A DNA stretch of 64,000 nt from a virus (IMGVR_UViG_2634166501_000001:964-64963); one strand, 5' to 3'; counted from the first letter of the stretch, positions 38,862 to 48,752 are shown. Notes: a model not told the origin generated them from the sequence alone. Made by a program: numbers and translations.

Positions 38862-39106
38862 AGAATGCCCTCTTGTTTCAGGTGCATGATTACCGATTTA
38901 AGCGCACCACCTTTAATTTCGTTCTCAGGGTGAGGCTTATGCAGCAATAACAACGCATCAGTTTCAGCATTGAAGAAACGCACGCGAGAACCTGCCATTT
39001 CTTTCTTCTCATATCCTAATTGAGCGAGTAGCGTAACCAAATCACTCCAAGGGAATACACGTTTTGCGTTTTGTAGCTTCGCCAGAAGCTTTTCTTGCTT
39101 TCCCAT
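38858..39106 (-). CDS. hicA: HicA toxin
   Basis: GSRVRF...LHKPHP; upstream palindrome CATTTGCAACT-N6-AGTTGCAAATG (39150-39177). Confidence 0.9.
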   Translation of the reverse strand: MGKQEKLLAKLQNAKRVFPWSDLVTLLAQLGYEKKEMAGSRVRFFNAETDALLLLHKPHPENEIKGGALKSVIMHLKQEGIL

Positions 39107-39212
39107 TACCACTCCTTGCTCTATACGCAAAGTATAAACAGGAACAACACATTTGCAACTATATTAAGTTGCAAATGACAAATGAACCGCGAAATGACTC
39201 CGCCCCGATAAG

Positions 39213-39809
39213 TTAGTGTTTCGCGGCAGATTTACTGGCGGTGATGGCTATTTCAACCATTTTCTTGTTCACCGCTTCGGCGATCTGCGCCATTTCTTGC
39301 ATGGTAAAAATACCTGGCTCTGCAATTAGGTTGGCGATCCGGCTTTTGCTGACAACAAAGGCATCATTAGGGATGTGTTTTGCTTCCACGGTTTGACCGT
39401 TCTCGATAACGAGCATGATCCGCGTCATAGAAGGAATTGGGAGCTGAGGTTCTGGTAGTGCTTGGGTGAGGGGCTGAGTTTGGGCTGATTCGGTCTCTTT
39501 ATCGAGCACATCCAAAACCCATTTGCGGAATTCTTTGGCTCTTTCCGTTCTAGATAGCATAGCAATAAGATGAGCGCCGCGAAGGGAGAAAATGCGAGAA
39601 GATTTAGTCAAGTTTCCCGAGAGGGTCAAATTGACCTCTTCGGTCATTGCGCTTGAAAACTCATCTTTGTTCCGAGCATAAACTCGGCTAATTGAGTTTG
39701 AATTTGCATAACCAAGAGCCTTTGCAATATCGGATGCTGATAACCAGATCTGGTTGCATTTCTCGATTACATCAAAGCGAGTATTTTGGAAAGTAAGTGC
39801 TGAAGTCAT
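39213..39809 (-). CDS. Bro-N antirepressor with shared C-terminal domain
   Basis: Close paralog of 8507-9103. Confidence 0.9.
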   Translation of the reverse strand: MTSALTFQNTRFDVIEKCNQIWLSASDIAKALGYANSNSISRVYARNKDEFSSAMTEEVNLTLSGNLTKSSRIFSLRGAHLIAMLSRTERAKEFRKWVLDVLDKETESAQTQPLTQALPEPQLPIPSMTRIMLVIENGQTVEAKHIPNDAFVVSKSRIANLIAEPGIFTMQEMAQIAEAVNKKMVEIAITASKSAAKH

Positions 39810-40090
39810 AGTGAACTCCTTGAGTATGATACATAAATCACCACACAAAGGTTCCTAATCAATGGGTGGTGAACTGAACGAGGTTAGGAACTACCGTACT
39901 CAAGGAAACGGCGCGCCGAAGCGCCCTCATCCAGCCCACCATAATTCTATAGGTGTGCCGAAGCCACACACAAAAAAACCAGCAAAACGCTGGCACTTGT
40001 GTGCCTTGAGTTACAATGCGGGGTTCCTACGCCCGACACTGGATTTTGCCAGTGCGAGGTAAAAATAGCTCGGTACATATTGACTGTCAA
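39810..40090 (-). promoter_or_regulatory. C4-type antisense control cassette C
   Basis: Minus-strand TTGACA, CACTGGCAAAATCCAGTG hairpin, b1/b2 TAGGAAC, a1/a2 ACTCAAGG. Confidence 0.85.
39866..39941 (-). ncRNA. C4-like antisense RNA C
   Basis: TGGTGGGCTG...CAGTTCACCA stem; a' CCTTGAGT, b' GTTCCTA. Confidence 0.85.
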
Positions 40091-40173
40091 GCCGATAAAC
40101 TTTAAGTGTTGCTTGTTTCGCCATCTAATGGCACCCGAAAAAGGAGATCGGCCACAGCTTTCCATTCTGTTAC

Positions 40174-40950
40174 TCATCCCCCAAATACCCCAAACTTCTC
40201 CAATCTCAACCGCTTTTCCAATGCATCTGCGGCGATGATCTCCTGCCTGCAATAGCCACTTACAAGCTCAGTGATTACCGGGAGGAAGTTGCGCGCAAAA
40301 TCCTCTTCTGAAATGCGCACGCCGAGCTGACGAAACTCCGCGTATATTTGCTCTCTTGTTGGGCGAAGCATCCCTACACCACCGCATTCGTTGCACAAGC
40401 GAAGCAGGTAGTTACCTGAACCATGACATTTGGGGCAATTGAGTGAGTCACCCGCTTTCATCTGCGCATGTTCGTGTAACCTCGCTTTCTCAAGTTCTAT
40501 GTCCTGCTGGTGTTTCTCTATCAATGGTTGCATGGAAAGATTGCCGGACTTTTCCATCGACTTGATGCGCAATTTCCATGTCTCGATAAGCTTCAGAGAG
40601 CGCTTCGAACGTGCGTCGTATTTCTTATACAAACTGCGCAGTTTAACTCGCTGTGAACGCAGAGGAACTTGCAGTACTAGGTTGGCAACAATATCGGCTA
40701 CCGCGCTCACATGGTTTACCTTCTCCTGCGCGACAGTTGCGCGCACATGGTCAATGAAGGTCAGGCGTGCAGCTTCATCCCCCAAATAGCGGGCCTCGAT
40801 AATGGTTCGCCCTACCGGGTGATGCAACAGCTCAGCCGAGAACGCAGCCAGTATGACATCTGGCGTTAATCGTCTGCGCCCTACTTTCGATTCCACAATC
40901 ATTGCCTTTGGTGCATGGAGCTTTGCCAACATTTCCACTGCTTGATTCAT
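40174..40950 (-). CDS. Q-like late antitermination protein
   Basis: CPKCHGSG...CNECGGVG zinc finger; last early gene before the lysis region. Confidence 0.7.
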   Translation of the reverse strand: MNQAVEMLAKLHAPKAMIVESKVGRRRLTPDVILAAFSAELLHHPVGRTIIEARYLGDEAARLTFIDHVRATVAQEKVNHVSAVADIVANLVLQVPLRSQRVKLRSLYKKYDARSKRSLKLIETWKLRIKSMEKSGNLSMQPLIEKHQQDIELEKARLHEHAQMKAGDSLNCPKCHGSGNYLLRLCNECGGVGMLRPTREQIYAEFRQLGVRISEEDFARNFLPVITELVSGYCRQEIIAADALEKRLRLEKFGVFGG

Positions 40951-41393
40951 AGTTCACCCGCCATATAGTTGATTATTATTTGTTTTGCTTCGTCAAAGCC
41001 TTTAGGGAAGACCACCAAGTAACCCTGCTGGCACAACTTGTCACCTAGCTCACTTTGCGCATTTGAAATTACAGAGCGATAAGGCGCTGGCGCTTTCATT
41101 TCAATGCGCAAGCCGTGATAGCCACATCTGGCCACATCAAAGACGTAGTCCATGTAGCCGGATGTCCCGCCCATCTCGATGAAATCCTTTCGCGCTTTAG
41201 GCCCACGCTTTCCTTCATTGGGAATGTGAGTGAGATAGTCGGCGATATTCAGCCCGTCAATGACAGTGTGCTTGGCCCACTGATACAGCGCTTTGCATTC
41301 GGCCAGTTCGATTTCTCTTACCTTTCGCTTGGCCTTGTCACCGCTCATAGAGACATGCTTCCCTGCAAGCCTTTCGATTTCATAGGGGTTCAT
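40947..41393 (-). CDS. VRR-NUC-type nuclease/resolvase
   Basis: HIPNEGKR...D...GLRIEMK...SNAQ. Confidence 0.8.
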   Translation of the reverse strand: MNPYEIERLAGKHVSMSGDKAKRKVREIELAECKALYQWAKHTVIDGLNIADYLTHIPNEGKRGPKARKDFIEMGGTSGYMDYVFDVARCGYHGLRIEMKAPAPYRSVISNAQSELGDKLCQQGYLVVFPKGFDEAKQIIINYMAGEL

Positions 41394-41680
41394 GCAAACG
41401 TCAGTATCCCTTCTTCCACAAAGCTTTCTTGAGTCTCTTCTACCGCTCGGAGTTTATCGGCGGCATACGCTTCGCGACCGCAGCGATCAATCTCTGCATG
41501 GCAGGCTGAACATGCATAAACCACCATGTTATCGCCTGCTTTAATGCCCATCCCACGGCGTAAGCCAACATGCGCCGCCACCGTCGTTTCTGGGTCAAAG
41601 TTACAAATGCCGACTAAGCGCAATGTGCATGCTTTACCGCGAGCCGACTTCATGATTTTTTTACTGCGAACGAGCGTCAT
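41390..41680 (-). CDS. DUF1364 (YbcO-like) protein
   Basis: SARGKACTLRLVGIC..ETTVAAH..ACSACH. Confidence 0.85.
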   Translation of the reverse strand: MTLVRSKKIMKSARGKACTLRLVGICNFDPETTVAAHVGLRRGMGIKAGDNMVVYACSACHAEIDRCGREAYAADKLRAVEETQESFVEEGILTFA

Positions 41681-42273
41681 ACATACCCCAACATCTGGTT
41701 AATGACATTCTCCATTTCGGCTTCATTTCTTAGATAGCCACCTGGTCGAACGATTTGATTCCAAACCACATTGAATGAAGCGCGATATAACTCCTGAAAC
41801 TCGTGCTCCTGCATGTTGGCAAAACTGATTGACTTAGGCTCTTTACGAAGAGCCCCATTAGGCAGTGTCACAATGCTAAAAAATCCCGCTTCCACCACAA
41901 CCCAACGGCGGTAAGAGAGAAAACTCTTTTCAACGGCGTAAGTGGTTCGCTTGTGTATGAGCTGGTTGAGAAATGCCGATTCGAACTCGAGCAAAACGTC
42001 TTCCTCTCCAACATGCTTCACTAAGAACTTCACAAAGTTATCCAACAAATGACGCTCGTTCGGACACACGGCCCCGCCAGTGGGTTGCCAATAATCAAAC
42101 CCAAGTTTAAGCAGTGCCATATACTTGCGGTGAAACATTGGATTGCGCACTTTGCTTGGCAGCTTGGGGAACTCAATCACTTCGCCGATGGCGTAGCGAC
42201 GTAAAACCTCATCATCTTCTGGAGACAGAGGGGCTAACCCCCCTGTTTTGCAGCGAACAAGGGATAAGCTCAT
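41677..42273 (-). CDS. DUF1367 family protein
   Basis: RNPMFHRKYMALLKLGFDYW, KSISFANM..EF. Confidence 0.85.
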   Translation of the reverse strand: MSLSLVRCKTGGLAPLSPEDDEVLRRYAIGEVIEFPKLPSKVRNPMFHRKYMALLKLGFDYWQPTGGAVCPNERHLLDNFVKFLVKHVGEEDVLLEFESAFLNQLIHKRTTYAVEKSFLSYRRWVVVEAGFFSIVTLPNGALRKEPKSISFANMQEHEFQELYRASFNVVWNQIVRPGGYLRNEAEMENVINQMLGYV

Positions 42274-42554
42274 TGCAGATCCCCTTGGTCGTCTTTAAGC
42301 AGGCTCAGAATACGATCATTCGAATTGCTGAAGTTCTCGTAATCTTGTGTCTCACACTCGTCCCAGCGCTCGATTTCTTCGCGCTTTGCTTCACCGGAAA
42401 TGCAGTAAAAAACATACGTCACCACACACGCGCACGCGTAAGCAAACAGCGCCTTTTCTTCAGGCTCGAATGACGTCAAAGAAATAAAGTAGCCAGCCGC
42501 AATCGCAATACAAACCGCGACAAACATCATGGAGATTGATTGAATAGATTTCAT
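42270..42554 (-). CDS. Small membrane protein
   Basis: Two hydrophobic segments; ATGA overlaps on both sides. Confidence 0.55.
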   Translation of the reverse strand: MKSIQSISMMFVAVCIAIAAGYFISLTSFEPEEKALFAYACACVVTYVFYCISGEAKREEIERWDECETQDYENFSNSNDRILSLLKDDQGDLQ

Positions 42555-42898
42555 GAGTTCACCTTCATCCCTATTCGTTTCGCCACCTCTTTCACTGGCA
42601 GAGACGGCACAAGGCGATAGCGCCAAACTTGTTTCTTGTTCACAACTTCCATTTTGCGTTGCTTAACCAAGCCATGCCGTGAGGGGCTGACTTCACGAAG
42701 CCTTGCAGAAATAGCCGCTTGCGTATCGCGATCTGGAAAATGAGCGTGGATCATCGCTTCAATCTCGCGCAGAGTATGCCAACCGTTATTCGACACCATC
42801 ACCGCAATCACTCGGCCAATCTGTGAAGTGTTGAAATTGATCTGCTCTGGATACTTGCTGCGCTTCCACGCCTCGATGGATGTCATCATTTCCGTCAT
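42551..42898 (-). CDS. Winged-HTH-like hypothetical protein
   Basis: WHTLREI...AAISARLR...WRYRL. Confidence 0.6.
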   Translation of the reverse strand: MTEMMTSIEAWKRSKYPEQINFNTSQIGRVIAVMVSNNGWHTLREIEAMIHAHFPDRDTQAAISARLREVSPSRHGLVKQRKMEVVNKKQVWRYRLVPSLPVKEVAKRIGMKVNS

Positions 42899-43272
42899 GC
42901 AACACGCTCCGATTTCAGGGCCATTTCCCAATGCTTAAACATTTGCTTGGTCGGCGGTAAATGCTTGTCTGCTTCAAAGCAGTACATCAGCCATTGGTGC
43001 ACAATGGCCCGTGTAGGACGAAACTGGTGCAAATACATCTTCACGCCGTATTCTTTGGCAAGATCAGCGAGGATAACCGCGTGTTTTCTTGGTATACCCT
43101 GCTTTTCCCAATCTCGAACAGCGCCGTAACTCAGATCATCACAGCGACGAGCGATCATAAAAATTGCGTCCCCCCGCTCCATCGGCAGCTTGCGAAGCAG
43201 TGAGAGAAACGCATACGCACTCAGCTCATCACGCATGGCTATAAATTCACGTTTGGTAAAATGGATATTCAT
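42895..43272 (-). CDS. Hypothetical protein (HTH-like)
   Basis: RBS plus GTAACGACCA linker; LSYGAVRDWEKQGIP. Confidence 0.55.
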   Translation of the reverse strand: MNIHFTKREFIAMRDELSAYAFLSLLRKLPMERGDAIFMIARRCDDLSYGAVRDWEKQGIPRKHAVILADLAKEYGVKMYLHQFRPTRAIVHQWLMYCFEADKHLPPTKQMFKHWEMALKSERVA

Positions 43273-43278
43273 TGGTCG

Positions 43279-43917
43279 TTACCTCTTTTGGGCCAATTGC
43301 ATTTGCACAACGTTGGATTGACTTACCAGTGCCACTGGCGCTTTCTGAGTCGCATCACCGCCACGATACACAAGCTTGCATTGCTCCCTATCGCCTACAC
43401 TCAACGGCGGGTCGATAGCAAAGCCCGAAGCCGCGTTCTCCGTTTCAGATACACCAGCCAACACTCTGGGATAGCTGCTCGGCGGATTGAACAGATACGT
43501 GCGATAGCGGTTCTCAAAGTCCTTTTGGCGAAATGTCAGCTCTTCCTCGCTTCCGTGACAAAGCGCTGGCCATCCCCCCATATCACTCACCACCGCATGG
43601 ATCAGCGCATCGTCAAACACCACAGAGGTGTAAGAACCAACACTGCCTATCGCCTTTTTGGTTTTGTTCCAAGCCAAGATCGCCCGATCTTTCGAGGTAC
43701 CGCCAAGCAAGCGCACAATGTCTGCCGGCTTTGGCGCAAACTGGCCGTTATCTGGGTTGCGGCGGTGCATGGATAAAGCCTGTTTCACCGCGGCAAGGTC
43801 AAAGATACTCAAGTCTTCCCAATACACGCTGAGCAGTGCGGGGGTCAGTTCCATCCGGTAAATACTCAGCGTGGCCGCAAGTGTTTCTGCAAATTCTGGT
43901 CGTTGATTAGGTGTCAT
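43279..43917 (-). CDS. Replication-associated protein (DUF6475-like)
   Basis: GQFAPKPADI, SVVFDDALIHAVVSDMGGW; follows the initiator gene. Confidence 0.7.
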   Translation of the reverse strand: MTPNQRPEFAETLAATLSIYRMELTPALLSVYWEDLSIFDLAAVKQALSMHRRNPDNGQFAPKPADIVRLLGGTSKDRAILAWNKTKKAIGSVGSYTSVVFDDALIHAVVSDMGGWPALCHGSEEELTFRQKDFENRYRTYLFNPPSSYPRVLAGVSETENAASGFAIDPPLSVGDREQCKLVYRGGDATQKAPVALVSQSNVVQMQLAQKR

Positions 43918-43922
43918 GGTCG

Positions 43923-44789
43923 TTACTCTCCGTGTTCGAAGGTGTTTCCTGTGCTTGTGGTCGTTCCTAGCCATTGGTCAATGGCGCTCTGGTTCCTCGC
44001 TTCCAGCGCGGATTGACGCCCTTGAGGTGGCGCAGAGATTGGCGCATGTGAACGGGCCAAGTGGTTTTCCAGCCACTCAACCTCAAACCCTTGCCAGCCT
44101 CTCTCCACGCAAATCCCCAGCACATCGTCGGCGGTCAGCCCTAGTTTCTGCTGTGCAAGTTCAAGTTTGGGTCGCAGACGGTTGATCGCCGTTTGCGTCA
44201 GAGGGGCGCGTTTCTTGTTGCGGATTAGTTGCCAATCACTCAGCACCTGATCGCTTGGTTGTGTCGGCCAGTTTGAAAAATCCAAAGCCTGCGCTTTTTT
44301 TGGTTTACTTTTTTTCTCTTGTTTAAATTCAGTATTTGTTAAGTGATCAGTACTTATTAAAAGATCAGTATTTATTAGTGTCGGCTCAGCCGGATACGGT
44401 TCGGCCGTTTCCGGTTCAGCCGTATCCGGCTCATCCACCGCTTCCGTGTTATCCGTATCCGGTTTAGGCGTATCCGGTTTTTCTAGTGGTTCATCAAAGA
44501 CCACATAGTCCACACCCGACATTCGGCCAGAGCCATTACGCCGTTGTCTGCGTTCCACAAACCCTTTCTCAACCAGTTCTGTAATGGTTGCGTAAACAGC
44601 GTCACGCCCAATAGGAGCAGCGGTATCACTAAAACACTTGACCAACTGAGCAGGAGACACTTCCCAGTTGTCCGGCTTGCTCAAGAGGTACGTCAGCACT
44701 CCGATAGCGCGTGGGGACAAACCGCTATCAAAAATGGCGTTATTGATAATCGTAAAACCGACCTTTCTGGCGCTACGGATGATGCTCAT
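43923..44789 (-). CDS. Phage replication initiator
   Basis: N-terminal wHTH LSPRAIGVLTYLLSKPDNW; internal iterons; C-terminal RGWQGF. Confidence 0.85.
   Translation of the reverse strand: MSIIRSARKVGFTIINNAIFDSGLSPRAIGVLTYLLSKPDNWEVSPAQLVKCFSDTAAPIGRDAVYATITELVEKGFVERRQRRNGSGRMSGVDYVVFDEPLEKPDTPKPDTDNTEAVDEPDTAEPETAEPYPAEPTLINTDLLISTDHLTNTEFKQEKKSKPKKAQALDFSNWPTQPSDQVLSDWQLIRNKKRAPLTQTAINRLRPKLELAQQKLGLTADDVLGICVERGWQGFEVEWLENHLARSHAPISAPPQGRQSALEARNQSAIDQWLGTTTSTGNTFEHGE
44328..44477. repeat. Replication origin: iterons plus AT-rich repeats
   Basis: CCGTATCCGG-like units at 44405, 44420, 44438, 44453, 44468 and an inverted copy at 44390; adjacent TCAGTA(T/C)TT repeats at 18-bp spacing. Confidence 0.75.
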
Positions 44790-44998
44790 TAGTGAACTCC
44801 TTCCGCTTTCTTACTGAAATCAAAGGGATTATCAGTCCCCGCCCCTAACATATGCGCAATCAAACGGCCACGAACTTGATCGCGGCGCTCGCCTGAATAC
44901 TCAGCAGCCTGAGTGATCACCAATTCAACAAACGCAGACTCCGAACTGCATGGAGTGTGAGCGGGGTTGGTCCCCCGCCCTTTTTTAGTTGTGTTCAT
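44789..44998 (-). CDS. Small hypothetical protein
   Basis: Coupled ORF in the pR operon. Confidence 0.45.
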   Translation of the reverse strand: MNTTKKGRGTNPAHTPCSSESAFVELVITQAAEYSGERRDQVRGRLIAHMLGAGTDNPFDFSKKAEGVH

Positions 44999-45000
44999 GT

Positions 45001-45387
45001 TTATCGGGCCTCTTGTTGTGGCGAGCGAGAGGAAGGCGTAAGAACATCAAACTCCCCCTCAACGGTGAATGGTTTGTGATTTTCGATCTCATCAAAGAAA
45101 TCAAGTCGCTCTCCCCCTTGTCGCTCCCAAGCAAGCAGCACTTGGTCTCGTAACTCGGGTTCACTCTTCAAAAGAGCGATCACCGCTTGGATGATCAGCA
45201 CATTGCAAAGAACGGCCTTTTGCGCGTCTACTTCATTTGCCAGCAAGGAAAGAAACTCGCTTTCATCCAACGTGAATCGGGCTTTCACCTGAGACGTTCG
45301 CACCTTGTCGAAGGGCAAGCCCTCCATGCCAACGGTTCGGTTTTGCTTGAGCTGTTCAATTTTCTGATTGATTTTGGTCATTTTCAT
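45001..45387 (-). CDS. Hypothetical regulator in the cII position
   Basis: After cro; RHH-like VKARFTLDE segment. Confidence 0.5.
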   Translation of the reverse strand: MKMTKINQKIEQLKQNRTVGMEGLPFDKVRTSQVKARFTLDESEFLSLLANEVDAQKAVLCNVLIIQAVIALLKSEPELRDQVLLAWERQGGERLDFFDEIENHKPFTVEGEFDVLTPSSRSPQQEAR

Positions 45388-45440
45388 TTGGTCGTTACCT
45401 CGTTAGGGGCCATTTCATTACCCATTTACTGTTAGTCTCA

Positions 45441-45650
45441 CTACGAGTGGGGTTCAGGGAACACATCACTGAAAGTGCAATTAGCATTTAAGCCATTGAG
45501 AGCCTTTACGATTTTCCAAGCGGTAGAAACATTTAGATTTCGCTCACCGCTTTCATATCGGTCAATGGTGCTTTGGCCGACACCAATGGCTTCGCCCAAA
45601 TCTTTTTGAGTTGCTCTAACGGCATTTCTGTAGTGTCTGATCTTGTTCAT
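45441..45650 (-). CDS. cro: Cro-like repressor
   Basis: 69-aa HTH TQKDLGEAIGVGQSTIDRYESG, divergent from cI. Confidence 0.9.
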   Translation of the reverse strand: MNKIRHYRNAVRATQKDLGEAIGVGQSTIDRYESGERNLNVSTAWKIVKALNGLNANCTFSDVFPEPHS

Positions 45651-45671
45651 AACACCTCCAAATTGGGATTT

Positions 45672-45744
45672 ATACCATAACGGAATACCAGCAACAACAT
45701 GGATATACCAATAAGGCCATTTTAACTACATTCCGATATGGCAT
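45672..45744. promoter_or_regulatory. OR operators (ATWCC-N5-GGWAT-like x3)
   Basis: ATACCATAACGGAAT (45672), ATACCAATAAGGCCA (45705), ATTCCGATATGGCAT (45730). Confidence 0.75.
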
Positions 45745-45753
45745 AATCTGGGA

Positions 45754-46419
45754 ATGAAAATGAATTGGAACGATCTGGTTAAAGCCAGAATGAAAGAAAT
45801 TGGCATGACACAGGATGCTCTTGCCGAAAAGATGGGTCTTGCGCAGGCTTCGATAGCCCGTTACCTAAATAAAAAACGAGAGCCAGATATTGATACAATC
45901 GCCAAGATTATGAAGTGTGTAGGTCTTGATCAATTGATGTTGAGCTCTGATGGTTATGTTGAATACCCTGACGAAGTATTGGCGAACGTTTCGAGAGTTA
46001 AGGTTCAACCAAAATACCAGAATTCTTTCCCCCTATTGAGTTCTGTTCAAGCCGGCGCTTGGTCTGAAGCCGTAGAACCCTATCGGCTTGATGAAATAAG
46101 CCACTGGTACGAAACCACAGAAAGAGCCAGCAAACGCAGCTTTTGGTTGGAAGTAGAGGGCGACTCAATGACATCCGCAACAGGTGTGAGCTTCCCAGAA
46201 GGCACGCTAGTGTTGGTAGATACAGAAAAAGATTACCAAAACGGTTCACTCGTCGTCGCTAAGTTAACCGATGTAAACAACGCAACCTTTAAAAAGTTGG
46301 TGATCGATGCAGGGCAAAAGTATCTCAAGCCCCTTAACACCGCTTATCAAATGATGCCAATTAATGGCAACTGTCGCATTATAGGCGTGGTGATCGATGC
46401 AAAATTAAAATTATTCTAA
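45754..46419 (+). CDS. cI: CI repressor (HTH plus S24 peptidase)
   Basis: VQAG cleavage site, LEVEGDSM, ATFKKL, LKPLN. Confidence 0.95.
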   Translation: MKMNWNDLVKARMKEIGMTQDALAEKMGLAQASIARYLNKKREPDIDTIAKIMKCVGLDQLMLSSDGYVEYPDEVLANVSRVKVQPKYQNSFPLLSSVQAGAWSEAVEPYRLDEISHWYETTERASKRSFWLEVEGDSMTSATGVSFPEGTLVLVDTEKDYQNGSLVVAKLTDVNNATFKKLVIDAGQKYLKPLNTAYQMMPINGNCRIIGVVIDAKLKLF

Positions 46420-46429
46420 GGATGGAAAA

Positions 46430-48289
46430 ATGTCTTATTTCTTTGACACTGCTGTTAATATTGAAGGAAATAAAAAACTAAGGTCACCTCAAATTGAGGC
46501 ATACATAAAAATAAAAGAGTATTTTAATAGCAAACCTATAAATAGAGAAGCGCTAGTTGTTTTGCCAACTGGTACTGGGAAAAGTGGTCTAATATCTATA
46601 TCTCCGTTTGGTGTGGCAGAGAAGCGAGTTCTTATCATTACTCCGGGATTAATTACCAAAAATAGTATTCGTCAAACACAGGAAGCGCTTAAAGACAACT
46701 TCTGGATAAACTATGACATAATTTTTAGTGGAAAGGATATACCAATAGTAAGTGAGTACCTTCCAGAATTGTCAGACGAACACCTCAATCAAAGTCAAAT
46801 TGTTTACACCAATATCCAACGAATTTCCTCCTCAAGAAGCAACGGCCTGTTGAGTCGAGTTCCACCAGATTTTTTTGATTTTATTATTGTTGATGAGGCA
46901 CATCACTCCCCTGCACAAAGTTGGAAGGAGGCATTGACGTATTTTCACAACGCAAAAGTGCTACATGTAACAGGCACACCATACCGTGGTGATAATATTG
47001 ATTTGCCAGGTGAAAAAATCCACGAAACTCCTTTATCTGAAGTAATGCGCGACAGATATGTGAAATGGCTCAGAAAAGATACTGTAAATGCCCATGAACT
47101 TTATTTTACAACTCCTGACAAACCTGGAATAAAGTTAAGTAAAGAAGCAGTCCTTGAATTCAAAGATAAAGAGTGGATTGAAAAAAGTATTGCACTTTCT
47201 AAAGGTTGTTCTTTAGACGTTATTGAACACAGCCTAAACAAACTAGATGAACTGAAGTCTGCCTCACCCAACGTTCCCCATAAAATACTAGCAGTTGGAT
47301 GCAGTATAGCTCACGCAGAAGATCTGCTGAGTTGGTATAAGGAAAAAGATAAGAAACCTGTCATTGTCCATAGTAAAATGGAGCCTAGTGAACTTCACGA
47401 AGCACTTCAGAAAATAGAGCTTAATCAGTGTGATGTTGTAATATCTGTAAATATGCTTATGGAGGGTTACGACCACAAATATCTTACTGTTTTAGCAATT
47501 TTTAGACCTTATAGAAGTTTAAATGCTTTTGCGCAAGTAGTTGGCAGAATACTGAGGACAATTCCTGAAAACGAGATAACCCACTTTGACATTGATAACA
47601 ATGGAATTGTGATCTTCCATGAGGAAATCGGCCTTAACTCCATGTGGGAGAGTTTTCAGAAAGAAGTGGAGAAAGCTCGCCGAGTTAGAGAATACACTTA
47701 CACCGAACGTGATTATGAGGAACGAGAGCATACATTAGCGGGAGTTGAAAGCGATATCTCTTACGTTAGTGACAGTGACTCTTACCTACATGATATTGAT
47801 TTTAACGATCTTTTTAATCGAAAACGCCAAGAGATTAATGCCTCCGTAGAAACAAAACTTAACCAAATCAAGCAGTCTGGCGTGGATATCCCTGATGACA
47901 TACTAGAAAATTTACGCAAACAACTAGCGGAGAATGAAACTCAAAAAGCGGCAGAAGAGTTTATCGATCCAGAGTTGATTTCCAAGCGCCCTCATATCGC
48001 GAGAACAAAACTGAGGCAAACGCTAAAAGAACGCACCCAAGATATGGCTTCTAACATATTGATTGATAATGGTATCGGTGAAAAGAGCTCCGAACTGTAT
48101 CATAATTTCAGAAATCACATAGTTCCGCTACGTGAAACTGACGCAAATGATGGTATGATTGTAAGATACGTTAACATGAAACTTTACAATATGTTTGGGC
48201 CCATAAAAGACCGAGATAACCATACTTTGGTTGCGTCTATTAATAGCTTGGAGAATATATTCAGAGAGATTGAGAGGATGATTAGATGA
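46430..48289 (+). CDS. SF2 DEAH helicase-like protein (putative defence)
   Basis: LPTGTGKS, IIVDEAHH, TGTPYR, MLMEGYD, QVVGRILR; AT-rich; 10 bp after cI. Confidence 0.85.
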   Translation: MSYFFDTAVNIEGNKKLRSPQIEAYIKIKEYFNSKPINREALVVLPTGTGKSGLISISPFGVAEKRVLIITPGLITKNSIRQTQEALKDNFWINYDIIFSGKDIPIVSEYLPELSDEHLNQSQIVYTNIQRISSSRSNGLLSRVPPDFFDFIIVDEAHHSPAQSWKEALTYFHNAKVLHVTGTPYRGDNIDLPGEKIHETPLSEVMRDRYVKWLRKDTVNAHELYFTTPDKPGIKLSKEAVLEFKDKEWIEKSIALSKGCSLDVIEHSLNKLDELKSASPNVPHKILAVGCSIAHAEDLLSWYKEKDKKPVIVHSKMEPSELHEALQKIELNQCDVVISVNMLMEGYDHKYLTVLAIFRPYRSLNAFAQVVGRILRTIPENEITHFDIDNNGIVIFHEEIGLNSMWESFQKEVEKARRVREYTYTERDYEEREHTLAGVESDISYVSDSDSYLHDIDFNDLFNRKRQEINASVETKLNQIKQSGVDIPDDILENLRKQLAENETQKAAEEFIDPELISKRPHIARTKLRQTLKERTQDMASNILIDNGIGEKSSELYHNFRNHIVPLRETDANDGMIVRYVNMKLYNMFGPIKDRDNHTLVASINSLENIFREIERMIR

Positions 48290-48708
48290 ATAACGCTTTG
48301 ATTATGAAAGAAATTAACAAAATTATATCATTCTGTATGGTCAAAGGTGTCCAACCTAGTGAACTCGCTGCTTCAATTTTTGAAAGTGAATATCACCACA
48401 TTGAATCATATAAGGAAGGTGATAAGGTTGTTTTTGTACTCAGCTTTATTGATAGAAGCGAAGATGACGTTAGCAATATTAAAATGAAGTATGTTTACAA
48501 TGAAAGTCAGCAGTTAATCTCAGTTAATCAAAAAGTTAACTCCGGTCCTTATAAGATTCAGTGGGATAGAAATCAAAAACTTACCGACATGCTAAAATCT
48601 CTCGCCCAAATGGTACCTGGCGATACCGCATTGATCGACAAGTTAAAAGACGCAATCCCTAATGAATTCAAAGACATACTATACCCACACTTAAAGTTAG
48701 TAAGTTAA
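48286..48708 (+). CDS. Hypothetical partner of the helicase
   Basis: ATGA overlap with the helicase; AT-rich. Confidence 0.7.
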   Translation: MNNALIMKEINKIISFCMVKGVQPSELAASIFESEYHHIESYKEGDKVVFVLSFIDRSEDDVSNIKMKYVYNESQQLISVNQKVNSGPYKIQWDRNQKLTDMLKSLAQMVPGDTALIDKLKDAIPNEFKDILYPHLKLVS

Positions 48709-48722
48709 TAAATTTCCACATC

Positions 48723-48752
48723 AAAAAAGCCACTACACTAGTGGCTTTTTTT
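48723..48752. terminator. Terminator closing the cI-helicase operon
   Basis: AAAAAAGCCACTACACTAGTGGCTTTTTT. Confidence 0.8.
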
